Notes: generated from the sequence alone by a model not told the origin. Numbered from the stretch's first letter, positions 9,118-18,860 are shown. The stretch: 64,000 nucleotides of DNA from Anaerohalosphaeraceae bacterium (GCA_963675525.2 CAXXSL010000001.1:274755-338754), one strand, 5' to 3'. Numbers and translations: made by a program.

Positions 9118-10191
9118 TTATTCTTTCCCATCCCAGAGGTAGAGCAGCCGCGGGGCGGCGAGTTTGTCCAGCAGTTCGCTTTCGATATTGATCGTTCCTT
9201 TTTTGCTCTGTGCTCCCATTATTGACCAGACAGAGAATTTTTGATTGTACTCAACAATCCGCGCATTGGATAGATGCGCCATTTCTTCTATTTTCGTGAC
9301 CGCGGCGTCAAAGTAGCCGACCTCGTCGATCAGGCCCTTATCCATGGCTTCGGGAGCGGTGAAAATGCTGCCGTCGGCCAGTTGACGCACCTCGTGTTCG
9401 GCCAGGTTTGGGCGGCCTTCATCGACCAGGTTCACAAACCGGTCATACGCCGGGGTGATGATCTTTTCGCTGAGATACGTCTTTTGTTCGTCTGTCGGTT
9501 CATGGAACATACTGGGCCAGTCTTTGCGTTTGCCGCTCTTGATCGTGACCGGATTGATGCCGAGCTTTTCTTCGAGCAGTTCCTTGACGACCATATAGTT
9601 CATGATGACGCCGATGGAGCCGGTGATAGTGGTCGGTTCGGCCATGATCTCATCGCAGGCGACCGCCGAGTAATAGCCGCCGGACGCGGCGACCGATTGC
9701 ATGAATCCAAGGACGGGCTTGTTCGTGGTTTCTTTAAACCGGCTGATACAGTAGTGGATCTGATCGCTGGCTGAAACCCCGCCGCCGGGACTGTTGATGC
9801 GGAGGATCAGGGCTTTTACATTGGTGTCATTTTCCGCACGTTCGACCTGCATGTTGACCCACTTGCTCATTTCGCCGTCAATGATGCCGACGAGGTTGAT
9901 GACCGCGATCTTCTGACGATGTGAACCATCCATCAGGATTCGTTCTTCCAGACCGTCATCGTGATAGCCGCCCCCGCTTCCGCCGGAGAGAACAGCACCC
10001 ATGGCGATGATACCAATAAACATAATGCCGTTGGCCAGAACCGACAGGGTGATCACAATGCCCCAGAATATCTTCCAGCCGGAGCCCTTTTTCTTTTTGG
10101 GGTATGGGTTATACATCGGGGCCGTGAAGTCCGGGATGTTTGTGGCCGGCGGGGTCTGGGGGGCATTAGGGTCCTGTGTAAAATCGTCCAT
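9118..10191 (-). CDS. sppA: Signal peptide peptidase SppA (S49 family)
   Basis: RINSPGG, AASGGYY, TGSIGVI, KSG.RKD, ADGSIF; N-terminal TM. Confidence 0.93.
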   Translation of the reverse strand: MDDFTQDPNAPQTPPATNIPDFTAPMYNPYPKKKKGSGWKIFWGIVITLSVLANGIMFIGIIAMGAVLSGGSGGGYHDDGLEERILMDGSHRQKIAVINLVGIIDGEMSKWVNMQVERAENDTNVKALILRINSPGGGVSASDQIHYCISRFKETTNKPVLGFMQSVAASGGYYSAVACDEIMAEPTTITGSIGVIMNYMVVKELLEEKLGINPVTIKSGKRKDWPSMFHEPTDEQKTYLSEKIITPAYDRFVNLVDEGRPNLAEHEVRQLADGSIFTAPEAMDKGLIDEVGYFDAAVTKIEEMAHLSNARIVEYNQKFSVWSIMGAQSKKGTINIESELLDKLAAPRLLYLWDGKE

Positions 10192-10235
10192 GGCATATCC
10201 TTTCTATAAGATGATAGCTTATTATTATCCGATTC

Positions 10236-10264
10236 ATTATAGACGCTTGGCATCGGGCTGTCAA
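10236..10264 (-). promoter_or_regulatory. Consensus sigma70 promoter for sppA
   Basis: Minus strand TTGACA-N17-TATAAT, exact consensus. Confidence 0.8.
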
Positions 10265-10271
10265 CCAAAGC

Positions 10272-10299
10272 TTGACAATTGAGCCGTTCTGTCCATAAT
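10272..10299 (+). promoter_or_regulatory. Sigma70-like promoter for the acyltransferase gene
   Basis: TTGACA-N16-CATAAT, back-to-back with the sppA promoter. Confidence 0.65.
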
Positions 10300-10343
10300 A
10301 AGGCTCGCTTTTGATCCATTTACATTATAGACGAGTTTTCTTG

Positions 10344-11306
10344 ATGGCAGTTACGAAAAAAGAAAAGAAAAAGAAGAAAAAACAGCGAAATATTGTCGCC
10401 GACTGGCTGGGTTATGCCGCCATGCGGGTGGGGTTGTTTATTTTGTACCTGTTTCCGGTGCGGTGGAACCTGCGGTTTGCGTGCTTTTTGGGTACGCAGA
10501 TGTGGAAACACTACGAACGCGGGCGGATTCGGGCGCTGGATAATCTGCGGGCCAGTTTTCCGGAAAAAGACCTGGCCTGGCTTGAGAAAACCGGCCTGCG
10601 CAGCTTTCAGCAGATCGTGATGCTGACGATCGATGTGTTTTTTACGCCCAAGCTGGTGGATAAACATAACTGGAGCCAATACATCAAGCCAATCAATATC
10701 GAACGTGCCAAATGGATGTCCAGGGAGAACAAGGGCCTGCTGATGCTGACGGGCCATTACGGAAACTTTGAGATCATGGGCTATATGCTGGGTTCATTCT
10801 TCTATAATGTTTACAGCATTGCCCGGCCGCTGGATAATCCGTTCATTAACGATTATCTGTATGGGATTCGTGAGCGAAAGGGCCAGAAGATCATTAATAA
10901 GAAAGGCGCCACCGAGGACATGACCCGGCTGGTCGAGGAAGGGGCGACGCTGTGCTTTATCGCCGACCAGGACGCCGGACGCAAGGGGGTGTTCGTGGAC
11001 TTCTTCGGACGCAAGGCCAGTTCGTACAAAAGTATCGGGCTGTTGGCCATCCAGTACAATCTGCCGATTGCGGTAGGCGGGTGCCGGCGGGTCGGCAATG
11101 ACTACAAGTTCGAGATTGAGGTCAGCCGGATTATCGAACCGGCCGAATGGGCCGACAAGGACAAGCCGCTGGACTGGGTGACACAGGAATACACGACCGC
11201 ACTGGAAGACTTCATTCGCAAAGACCCCAGCCAATACTGGTGGCTGCACCGCCGCTGGAAAACAAGACCCAAAGAAGAGAGGAAAAAGTCAGGCAATAGG
11301 CAGTAG
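10344..11306 (+). CDS. Lipid A biosynthesis acyltransferase (LpxL/HtrB family)
   Basis: GHYGNFE, RPLDNP, ADQD, VDFFG, PSQYWWLHRRWKT. Confidence 0.9.
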   Translation: MAVTKKEKKKKKKQRNIVADWLGYAAMRVGLFILYLFPVRWNLRFACFLGTQMWKHYERGRIRALDNLRASFPEKDLAWLEKTGLRSFQQIVMLTIDVFFTPKLVDKHNWSQYIKPINIERAKWMSRENKGLLMLTGHYGNFEIMGYMLGSFFYNVYSIARPLDNPFINDYLYGIRERKGQKIINKKGATEDMTRLVEEGATLCFIADQDAGRKGVFVDFFGRKASSYKSIGLLAIQYNLPIAVGGCRRVGNDYKFEIEVSRIIEPAEWADKDKPLDWVTQEYTTALEDFIRKDPSQYWWLHRRWKTRPKEERKKSGNRQ

Positions 11307-11375
11307 AAAAAGCGTATTTCTTTGTTTTTGTGGGTTTAATGCCGTTTTTCTTGGTTTTTATGGCGCAAACATAGT

Positions 11376-11451
11376 CCAAAAGTGCGCCAGCATGCGCCCA
11401 AACGGCGCCAAAGTGTGCCAAAAGTGCGCCAAAGTTTGCCAAAACGACACC
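11376..11451. repeat. Degenerate ~10-11 nt tandem repeat (CCAAAAGTGCG-like)
   Basis: About 7 imperfect units visible in intergenic DNA. Confidence 0.7.
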
Positions 11452-11707
11452 ATTTTTAACCGCTAATGCACGCGAATAACGCTAATTTTGAATTATGAAT
11501 TTTTAATGTTGAATTGTGGAATGCCTGCGGCATGACTTTTTAGCCAAGCGAGGCAGGGCGGACAGTCTGCGTCCCCTGCGCTGGCGCTTCGGGCTTCTGT
11601 TCGGCTCCTTCACTTAATTTTTAAATAGCATCTCAATTTTCCCGTCTTCGCCGAGGCTTCCTCCTTCGCCTCCGGCTACGGCGGGACAAGCCGACGCAAC
11701 AGGCGGT

Positions 11708-11735
11708 ATTATACCATAAGTTAGATAAATGTCAA
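11708..11735 (-). promoter_or_regulatory. Sigma70-like promoter firing into non-coding DNA (element copy A)
   Basis: Minus strand TTGACA-N16-TATAAT preceded by TGG; 29/31 nt identical to 59927-59957. Confidence 0.65.
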
Positions 11736-11847
11736 ATATATAATTTTAAATTGTATATTGTAAATTGTCCATTGTGGTGGGATTTTTTTCTTGTTTCATC
11801 ACGGGCAAGCATAGCTTGACCGTGTCACTCGAGGGGTTATCTGAGAA

Positions 11848-13166
11848 CTAATCTTTCGGCAGTTTAAACTCGTATTCATGGATTTCATTGTCAAATGAAA
11901 TGTTATCCGGTGGTTTAATGTCAAGTTTCTCGGTCTTTTTTTTGATTTGACTCCGCGATAAATCCTCGCCCTGACATTTTAATTTAAAACCATCCTCTGT
12001 TTTGATGATTAGAAAGGGTTTATTGCTGAACAGATCTTTCGGGCTGTTGAAGGGTATTGTTTTTGGGATTTTCTTTGTTTTTGGATATTGAATTAGAAGT
12101 CTTATTCCGGCTTCCAAAGCATTCAGTTTTGTGCGGATTTTTGTGTCGATGGAAAACACTGTTGTGCTGTATGATCCATAAATACTTGTAAATAAAAAAT
12201 CACAATTTTCGATATATTCGATGTCGACATCTTCAAATGCAGGAATTTGTCTGCCAGAAATATCGAATTTTTTATCAAGGACATCTATATACTCTATGAA
12301 GTATTGTTTGAATTGGTTGCGAAGTTCATCTCCAAGTTCACTACACTTTTGCACTGCCTGAGGGTAGGGCAGGTCAAGATAACTTTGACGTTTCAGCATG
12401 TAATCTCGGTAAAACTTCAGATTACGTATATAGAAATCTTCGCTTAATTTTTGAACAGGAATTCCCAAGTGTCGGTCCAATATGTGTCTTTATAGATGTA
12501 TTCCTTGGGGTGCGTGAGGATTCTTGTGGTGTATGCAATTTCGTGATCTATCGTATCTTTGTATGATATTTTTTGACGTTTCGATTCATTTCTGATAAAA
12601 GTTTTTGCCATATAGAGGTCTGTGACTTGGCAGTTGGTGTGACGATTTAGGTATTCACGGATATCATCATAGGTCATTGATCTGAGGCCCAGAGCAACTA
12701 AATGGTCAATTAAGACGCCTGAGTCTATGTGTGAAGCAAGTTGGAGGACTGGTTCGAATAAGGTGTTAATTCCTATATCCGGGTCTTTTCTTTCTTTATA
12801 CTTGCCATCTGCGAGAAGTAATAATGTCGTCTTTTTGGCTTTGCTTAAATAGGGGTTAACCGAGTAGATGCCATCTGCCAATGGATCAAACTGCCAGTCA
12901 CAATGTTCGATTTGTGCGGCTTTTTTTAGCAGGTCGATGACGGGCTGCTGGCGGATGAGGTATTGTTCTACCTGCGGAGTGATTTTGACATCTCCGGTTG
13001 TATAATCGGACAGGTCAAAACCGTTGGGTTCTTCGTAGAGGTCGAAGGCTTTCTGGTACCAGTAGGCGGCGTTGTCGGGGGTGAAGTTGTTTGGGTCGTA
13101 TTTGGCGAATGCGGAGAGTGATAGTATCAAAATAGCCAACACGCATAATTTTACCCTGTTTGGCAT
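11848..13166 (-). pseudogene. Secreted protein paralogous to 16667-17827, split by one frameshift near 12480
   Basis: ORF 12444-13166 (signal peptide, PDNAAYWYQK, HCDW) and ORF 11848-12480 (PKDLFSNKPF...GFKLKC...IHEYEFK) match the N- and C-halves of the paralog. Confidence 0.75.
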
Positions 13167-13200
13167 TGTTCTATTCCTTCTCTTGAACCCTTTCAGGGTT

Positions 13201-13228
13201 ATCGGGCGACTCACGTCGCCGCGCTTTT
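13201..13228. repeat. REP-like palindromic repeat
   Basis: ATCGGGCGACTCACGTCGCCGCGCTTTT identical to 20511-20538. Confidence 0.8.
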
Positions 13229-13349
13229 GTTTATCTTCATCCATGCCCACGGTTGGCGTGGGCATGGCACCCATTTACTTTGTACTCTATGGTATAAACG
13301 CCGGAAAGTCAAAGGTGTGGCGAAAAAATGGATTTTTGCGTTTTTTTGT

Positions 13350-13373
13350 GAACTTTTCGAGGGGGCCATGTTA
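13350..13373 (+). promoter_or_regulatory. Putative ECF-type autoregulatory promoter
   Basis: GAAC-N16-GTTA just upstream of the ECF sigma gene. Confidence 0.5.
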
Positions 13374-13396
13374 CTTTATGATGGTAAGACTCGAAG

Positions 13397-13906
13397 ATGA
13401 TGAAACGGGAAACCGTACAATCCGGCCGGATCGCGATGCTTGAAGCCCTGTATGCTGAGCATGGTCCACATATTCTGCGATATTTGAATCGTATCGTCGG
13501 GCCTAAGAGCTCTGAAGATGTGCTTCAGGATACGTTTGTGCAGGCTCTTTGTTATATTGAAAGACTTAGCGATGTGAACATTCCAAGGGCATGGCTGTTT
13601 CGTGTGGCTCGCAATCTGGCGATGAATGTCCTGCGGAAAAAGAAAATGGCCACCCATATCGACCTTGACGGCCTTGTTCACCCGGCTTCGCTTGAAGATC
13701 CCAGGTTGGCAACAATGCGGCGTGCGATTTACAAGCTGTCCGACAATCATCGCGAAACCATTATGCTGCGATGGTACGATCAGCTTAGCTATAAAGAGAT
13801 TTCTCAGGTTCAGGATATTTCAATCGGTACCGTCCGTTCGCGATTGCACAATTCACTGGGACAATTGCGAATGCAAATGGATATAGAACTGGCGGTCGAT
13901 CCATAA
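13397..13906 (+). CDS. ECF RNA polymerase sigma factor
   Basis: EDVLQDTF, AWLFRVARN (region 2); LSYKEIS...IGTVRSRLH (region 4). Confidence 0.93.
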   Translation: MMKRETVQSGRIAMLEALYAEHGPHILRYLNRIVGPKSSEDVLQDTFVQALCYIERLSDVNIPRAWLFRVARNLAMNVLRKKKMATHIDLDGLVHPASLEDPRLATMRRAIYKLSDNHRETIMLRWYDQLSYKEISQVQDISIGTVRSRLHNSLGQLRMQMDIELAVDP

Positions 13907-13924
13907 CAAAGAAAGGAACGTAAC

Positions 13925-14452
13925 ATGAACAGAGACCTTTTAGAACAATTACTGATGGATCAGGCATTGAACGAACTGTCGCCGGAATCGACAGCGCTGC
14001 TGGATGCATACCTGGGCGATCATCCGGAAATGCATTCTCTTGCCGATTCGATTCGCGAAACGGTTGCGATTGGCGAAAGGGCTGTTCATGCCGAACTGCC
14101 GACACGTTTACCTCCGCTGCCGAAAGAGAAGCTGTTTTCGCACAAACGAACGGCTCGGTGGTCGATGACGGCTCGATGGGGATCGGTCGCGGCCTCGTTG
14201 ATAATCGGATTTGGTCTCGGGATATCCGCAACGCTTTTGCAGAATAAGCCCTCACAAACAGATTCCGACACGATCGCTTACCATGTTCAATCGCAGCCGG
14301 TATCGGGTGGGCTCGAGACTGCCCGGGCATTCTGGTCGAGTCAAACATACATGGATCGCTATCAAAAGAACCGCAAGGACCGGACCCAAAGAAATGAAAA
14401 TACGGAATTACAAAAACAAATCCAACAATTCAAAAAGAGAGGTCTATTATGA
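13925..14452 (+). CDS. Putative membrane anti-sigma factor
   Basis: Follows ECF gene; ASD-like N-terminus (DQALNELSPE...AYL) and single TM (VAASLIIGFGLG). Confidence 0.75.
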   Translation: MNRDLLEQLLMDQALNELSPESTALLDAYLGDHPEMHSLADSIRETVAIGERAVHAELPTRLPPLPKEKLFSHKRTARWSMTARWGSVAASLIIGFGLGISATLLQNKPSQTDSDTIAYHVQSQPVSGGLETARAFWSSQTYMDRYQKNRKDRTQRNENTELQKQIQQFKKRGLL

Positions 14453-15840
14453 ATAAGAAATTTATCGTCATTTCCACAATCATAGCAGGCGTGTGCTTAT
14501 TTCTGGTCGGCTGCCATCCGAAAACCATTACCTGGTCACCGGATGGACAGTGGGCGGCATTTTGCAATGATTATGGATTGTACTTTACGGATGGGCAAGG
14601 TGAAATCTCTTCACGCATGGCCGAAAAGGCCTATCGAGCCGAGTGGTTTTCGGACGGCAAACGACTGGCGATCGAACAATTTGTCACGTTGACCAGTTGG
14701 CAGCAGGTACAAAACACGGTCTCTGAAGACTATCGCGATAAATTTATTCAGTGTGCAGAGGGTTTGTTGGCAGTCAAAAATAAGCGAGATTGGGATGAGA
14801 AGACGAACATGCTGGAACATATGAATTTTCTTGATGAGGATGAGCTGGATGCGGTTCAGTTATATATCCGGGATATGGCTTCGGGCGGTTTTCCGAAGGA
14901 CGTGATTGCGTCATGGGGAGACTCTATTGAATTTGACTACCATTTCCTGCGGATTGGAACGTGGGACGGTGCCACTTTTACGATGGGTGAGCCGTTATGG
15001 GGTTCGCCGGAGCGAATCTGGGATATGCGGATCTCCGCAAAGGGCCATGTTGTTGCTTTTACCTCGGCCTTCCCCGGCGACTTTGACGAGGGGACCAGTT
15101 CTTCGCTTTGGGCCGCTGATGTCGAAACGAAAGAAGTTGTGCTGTTGGACAAGAATTCGTCGCTGTATCCGGATTGGGATGCTGCGGGCACCCGTTTGTT
15201 TTATGTGCGTTCGATTGGCAAAGAAAGCAGCGATAACCCGCTTGGCACGCTGCTGAGCCGCCAGATTTGCGGCCAAGACGGCAACTTGTTAAGCGATTTG
15301 CCGGAACCGCAGTCATTAGCGGGTTTGGTGGCCGGTGAATTTACGAAGGTGCGGTGTTTGCCGGATGGGCGAATTGTGTTCTCTTCGATGGAGGTTACGC
15401 TGCCGGTTATCGGAAAGGATATTCCTGAGCAAAAGCAGTTGTTTGTACTGGACCTGCAGCGGCAGTCCACGATTACCCGCCTGATTCCCCGGAGCGAACA
15501 GAGCAAAACAGAAGGCTATAGTCTTGATCACTTCGAGATCAGCCCGGACCAAAAGCAGATTTCAATCCCGGATGATGAAGGGCGTGTGATGGTCCTGACC
15601 ATCGCAACGGGGGAGTTTGTTGTTTTGCAGGCACAGAAGGTCGGAGACATCCGGACGGTTCCGGTGTGGCGCTATCCTGATGAGTTATGCTATATCGATG
15701 AGTTGAAGGGCGGGCTTTTGGGCGACAAGACAAGAAAAGAAATTATGCTTCGGAAGGTTACCCCGGACGGCGAATGGAGCGACCCGCGCGCAATCAGCAA
15801 GGACTGGTCCAAAGAAGTTCGCCAGGTCGTATTGGATTAG
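14449..15840 (+). CDS. Lipoprotein with TolB/WD40-like beta-propeller repeats
   Basis: Lipobox LVGC; WSPDG, WFSDG, ISPDQ repeats; ATGA overlap with the upstream gene. Confidence 0.75.
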   Translation: MNKKFIVISTIIAGVCLFLVGCHPKTITWSPDGQWAAFCNDYGLYFTDGQGEISSRMAEKAYRAEWFSDGKRLAIEQFVTLTSWQQVQNTVSEDYRDKFIQCAEGLLAVKNKRDWDEKTNMLEHMNFLDEDELDAVQLYIRDMASGGFPKDVIASWGDSIEFDYHFLRIGTWDGATFTMGEPLWGSPERIWDMRISAKGHVVAFTSAFPGDFDEGTSSSLWAADVETKEVVLLDKNSSLYPDWDAAGTRLFYVRSIGKESSDNPLGTLLSRQICGQDGNLLSDLPEPQSLAGLVAGEFTKVRCLPDGRIVFSSMEVTLPVIGKDIPEQKQLFVLDLQRQSTITRLIPRSEQSKTEGYSLDHFEISPDQKQISIPDDEGRVMVLTIATGEFVVLQAQKVGDIRTVPVWRYPDELCYIDELKGGLLGDKTRKEIMLRKVTPDGEWSDPRAISKDWSKEVRQVVLD

Positions 15841-15880
15841 ATGTAAACACATGTTTACTGTTTATGAAAGGGAATTGAAA

Positions 15881-16276
15881 ATGCGTGGATTAAAAATTTG
15901 CCTTTGGATATCCGGGATCATGTGCCTGTTGGAGGCGGTGGGTGTATTCCTGCCTGTCTCGGCACTCGCACCTTTTTGCACGTTCATGGGAATTGAATCA
16001 CTTCCGGATTCGGCATTATTTTTCTATGGACTGCGGGTTATGTCGGTCATGGCTGCGGGAATAGGAGTATTTTTCATCATCCTTGCTCTTGGTCCTATGG
16101 ACTATGGAATCATGGTGCCTTTTTCCGGCGTTGGGGCGATTGTACTCGGTGTTATCTGCGGCATCGTGGGAATTTCAGTAAAAGTACCGGCACGATTGTA
16201 TCTGAGTGATTTTTTGAGTTGTATTGTAATGGGCGCCCTGATCCTTATGTTCTGGCGACAAAGCAGGCTCAGATAG
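15881..16276 (+). CDS. Four-TM membrane protein of unknown function
   Basis: Four hydrophobic segments; RBS AAAGGGA before ATG. Confidence 0.7.
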   Translation: MRGLKICLWISGIMCLLEAVGVFLPVSALAPFCTFMGIESLPDSALFFYGLRVMSVMAAGIGVFFIILALGPMDYGIMVPFSGVGAIVLGVICGIVGISVKVPARLYLSDFLSCIVMGALILMFWRQSRLR

Positions 16277-16350
16277 TATGCAAATGAGTAGCAGGTGCAG
16301 GCAGAACACCACCTGTCTTTGTTATATTCTTGAATGCATAAGGAGATATC

Positions 16351-16602
16351 ATGGGAAAGATCGAAAAGATGTTGTTCTGGTGTGCCGTCATGGGATTTGT
16401 CGTGATGTTCATCTGGATGGGCATGATAATATTTGCAGGCGAAGCGATATATTCATTCCATTCGGGACTTTGGCAAATGGATAGATTGATCTCAAAGGAA
16501 TTGTTTTTGTCGGCCAATTTCATCGGGATGGGCATGTGGAAAATGGCCGTGATTCTTTGCTTTGCCATTCCCTGGCTGGCGATGAAAATTGTTGGGAAAT
16601 AG
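16351..16602 (+). CDS. Small membrane protein (DUF6868-like)
   Basis: RBS AGGAG; pattern FWC...IY.FHS..W...GM..WK....IPW.A. Confidence 0.65.
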   Translation: MGKIEKMLFWCAVMGFVVMFIWMGMIIFAGEAIYSFHSGLWQMDRLISKELFLSANFIGMGMWKMAVILCFAIPWLAMKIVGK

Positions 16603-16629
16603 GGTTATGAAATGTTAAATAAAATGAGC

Positions 16630-16654
16630 GAGGCAGGTCGCAGCGACCTGCCTC
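16630..16654. terminator. Hairpin between convergent operons
   Basis: Perfect 11-bp stem GAGGCAGGTCG/CGACCTGCCTC. Confidence 0.6.
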
Positions 16655-16666
16655 CTGTGAGAATGC

Positions 16667-17827
16667 TTATTTTGCGATTTTAAACGTGTATTCGTTGATT
16701 TTACCTTCGATTTCGGCTTGGCGGCAGCGGAGGGTAAAGCCCGTATCGGTTTTTTCGTATTCAAACGGTTGTCCGCTGAAAAGGTCTTTGGGGAAAGCGG
16801 CGGGCAGTTCGTCCGGCAGGTTTCCTTTTTTAGCGTAGTAGCGATAGAGTTGAATGGCGGCTGACAGTGCGTTTTGGTGTGTTCTGCGGCGTATATCAAT
16901 ATCGCATACCTTTGTGGTTGCCGGAGCAAGAAGGACCGAGCCGAAAGCTTCCTTTTTGCCGGCTTCGTAATCCTTTTCGGGAACCTTCTCTAATTCCTGA
17001 AATGTTGTTATTGCCTGCTTATAAGGCTGGTCCAGGGCGGCGATATATTTATCAAAAAGTTGCTGATAGTACTCCGCAGAAGCCGCTAAGAATTCCTCAG
17101 AACCTTCGGTTAGCAAGGGCAGGTCCTTTTTCAGTTCTTCATTGGGGGCAACCTGTTCTTCTAAAAGCTTTTTTTTCTCCGGGGTCATTTGCATAATTGC
17201 ATCTGCATAATATCGTCTTTCATTCAACATTGCCGGCTTGAGATCGAGCTTGTTATATTCGGGACGTTCGAGTTCTCGCTGAAGTTCTGTTAACAGTTTC
17301 TCATCCGATCCCATGACGTTGAGAACATCACCAATGGCATCATAGGTTAAAGCTGTCATCGCAGTTCCAACGAGATACGAGATAAATGTGTCATTGCCGA
17401 CGTGCCCGGCCATTCGCAAAACGACCAGGCATTGATCCATGGCCTCCTGAGTTTGACCTTCCTGTTTTTTGAGCTGTGCATCCGCCAGCATGATGTATGT
17501 AAATTGCCGCATGGTTGCCAGGTAGGGTATCTTCAGTGCCAGGCCCTGGGAAAAGTCCAGTCCCCAGTCACAGTTCGGAATTTCCGACGCTGTTTGAAGA
17601 GCATCAATCAATAGCCGTTTTTCCCCCAGATACTGTTGAATCTCATCGCTGACTTTGATTTTCCCTTTCGCGGCATCACGAAGCTGATCTCCTAGCGGAG
17701 CTTCGGGCCGCGAAAAATTGACCATGCATTTATAATAGACCAAGGCGGCGTTATCCGGGGGATAGGCTTGGGCGGTGTTTGCTGCAAACAGACAGAGCAG
17801 GAGTATCAGTATGGCTGTCTTTTTCAT
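16667..17827 (-). CDS. Secreted alpha-helical protein of unknown function (DNAA...CDW family)
   Basis: Signal peptide MKKTAILILLLCLFAANTAQA; PPDNAALVYYK, NCDWG, PKDLFSGQPF. Confidence 0.8.
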   Translation of the reverse strand: MKKTAILILLLCLFAANTAQAYPPDNAALVYYKCMVNFSRPEAPLGDQLRDAAKGKIKVSDEIQQYLGEKRLLIDALQTASEIPNCDWGLDFSQGLALKIPYLATMRQFTYIMLADAQLKKQEGQTQEAMDQCLVVLRMAGHVGNDTFISYLVGTAMTALTYDAIGDVLNVMGSDEKLLTELQRELERPEYNKLDLKPAMLNERRYYADAIMQMTPEKKKLLEEQVAPNEELKKDLPLLTEGSEEFLAASAEYYQQLFDKYIAALDQPYKQAITTFQELEKVPEKDYEAGKKEAFGSVLLAPATTKVCDIDIRRRTHQNALSAAIQLYRYYAKKGNLPDELPAAFPKDLFSGQPFEYEKTDTGFTLRCRQAEIEGKINEYTFKIAK

Positions 17828-17847
17828 TATTTGTTTTCCTTTCAAGT

Positions 17848-18249
17848 TTATAGTTCTTTCAAAATATCCTCTAAGGTGACACTGTCGGCCCGCGGTTGCC
17901 GATGTATTTGAGCTTTTTCAAAATATTCATCGAGCGCCGTTTGTCCGCCATTATTGAAGACGGCGTTTAAATGAGCCAGCGTCAATGTTGGTTCAGTCGG
18001 AATTTGCTGGACAATTTTCGGTGGTTGAATTATCTCTGTATGATACAACAGGCTGATACCGATCAATAGAACGGCTGCTGAGGCAATAGCATAATAGAGA
18101 AAACCGTGTGTTTTGGTCGGCTTTTCAGCAACATCAGAAATGATGTTGCTGACATTTTGATTCATCCTCCGGAGGGAATCGCCGGAAGGCTCTATCGAAG
18201 CAAGCTGATTGAGTTTTTCTTCGATTTGTTGTTCTGTATATTTATTCAT
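17848..18249 (-). CDS. Putative membrane anti-sigma factor
   Basis: Overlaps ECF stop; single TM (YAIASAAVLLIGISLLY). Confidence 0.7.
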   Translation of the reverse strand: MNKYTEQQIEEKLNQLASIEPSGDSLRRMNQNVSNIISDVAEKPTKTHGFLYYAIASAAVLLIGISLLYHTEIIQPPKIVQQIPTEPTLTLAHLNAVFNNGGQTALDEYFEKAQIHRQPRADSVTLEDILKEL

Positions 18250-18766
18250 TGATCGCTTCCTTATAAAAAGATGCGTTTTGATCGTTCAAAATCTGACGGA
18301 TGCGCTGAATGCCTTTGGAGCAAAGCGCCCGCACATGAGACGTCTTTTTTTGCATGCGTTCGGCAATTTGCTCATAGTCCATCTGCTCGATATACCGAAG
18401 TATGAAACATTCGCGTGTTTGCCCGGAAAGCTGTTCGATGGCGCCGAGAATCATATCCATTTCCTCATTTTGAATCAGCCGGAGGGCGACATGCGGTATT
18501 CGATGGTCGGGTCGGCCTTCCGGTATCTCTGAAAAAGAGCGGTGCTGTCGCCGCCGATCAAAGGCCAGGTTAATCGCAATCCGGCAGGCATACGCTTGCA
18601 GATTTTTGATTTTTTCCAGTTGTTTAATTTCAAAGAGCCGGATAAACAGTTCCTGCATGAGTTCTACGGCGACTGTTTCATCCAGGGTCAGCCGGGTCAG
18701 CATCCCATGCAACCGGGGGCCGGACTGTTCCAGAAATTTTAATAGCTGAATCTGTTTTTTGTTCAA
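18242..18766 (-). CDS. ECF RNA polymerase sigma factor
   Basis: ELMQELFIRL, AYACRIAINLAFD, MDYEQIAERM...VRALCSKG; TTG start after GGAG. Confidence 0.88.
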   Translation of the reverse strand: MNKKQIQLLKFLEQSGPRLHGMLTRLTLDETVAVELMQELFIRLFEIKQLEKIKNLQAYACRIAINLAFDRRRQHRSFSEIPEGRPDHRIPHVALRLIQNEEMDMILGAIEQLSGQTRECFILRYIEQMDYEQIAERMQKKTSHVRALCSKGIQRIRQILNDQNASFYKEAINE

Positions 18767-18860
18767 TGTTTCTCCGTTTTTCAAACTATCCACTATTATA
18801 GACGGTTTGGGGGGCATTGCGCAACCCAAAAAATTGTCAAGAAAAGGATTTAAAGAAATC

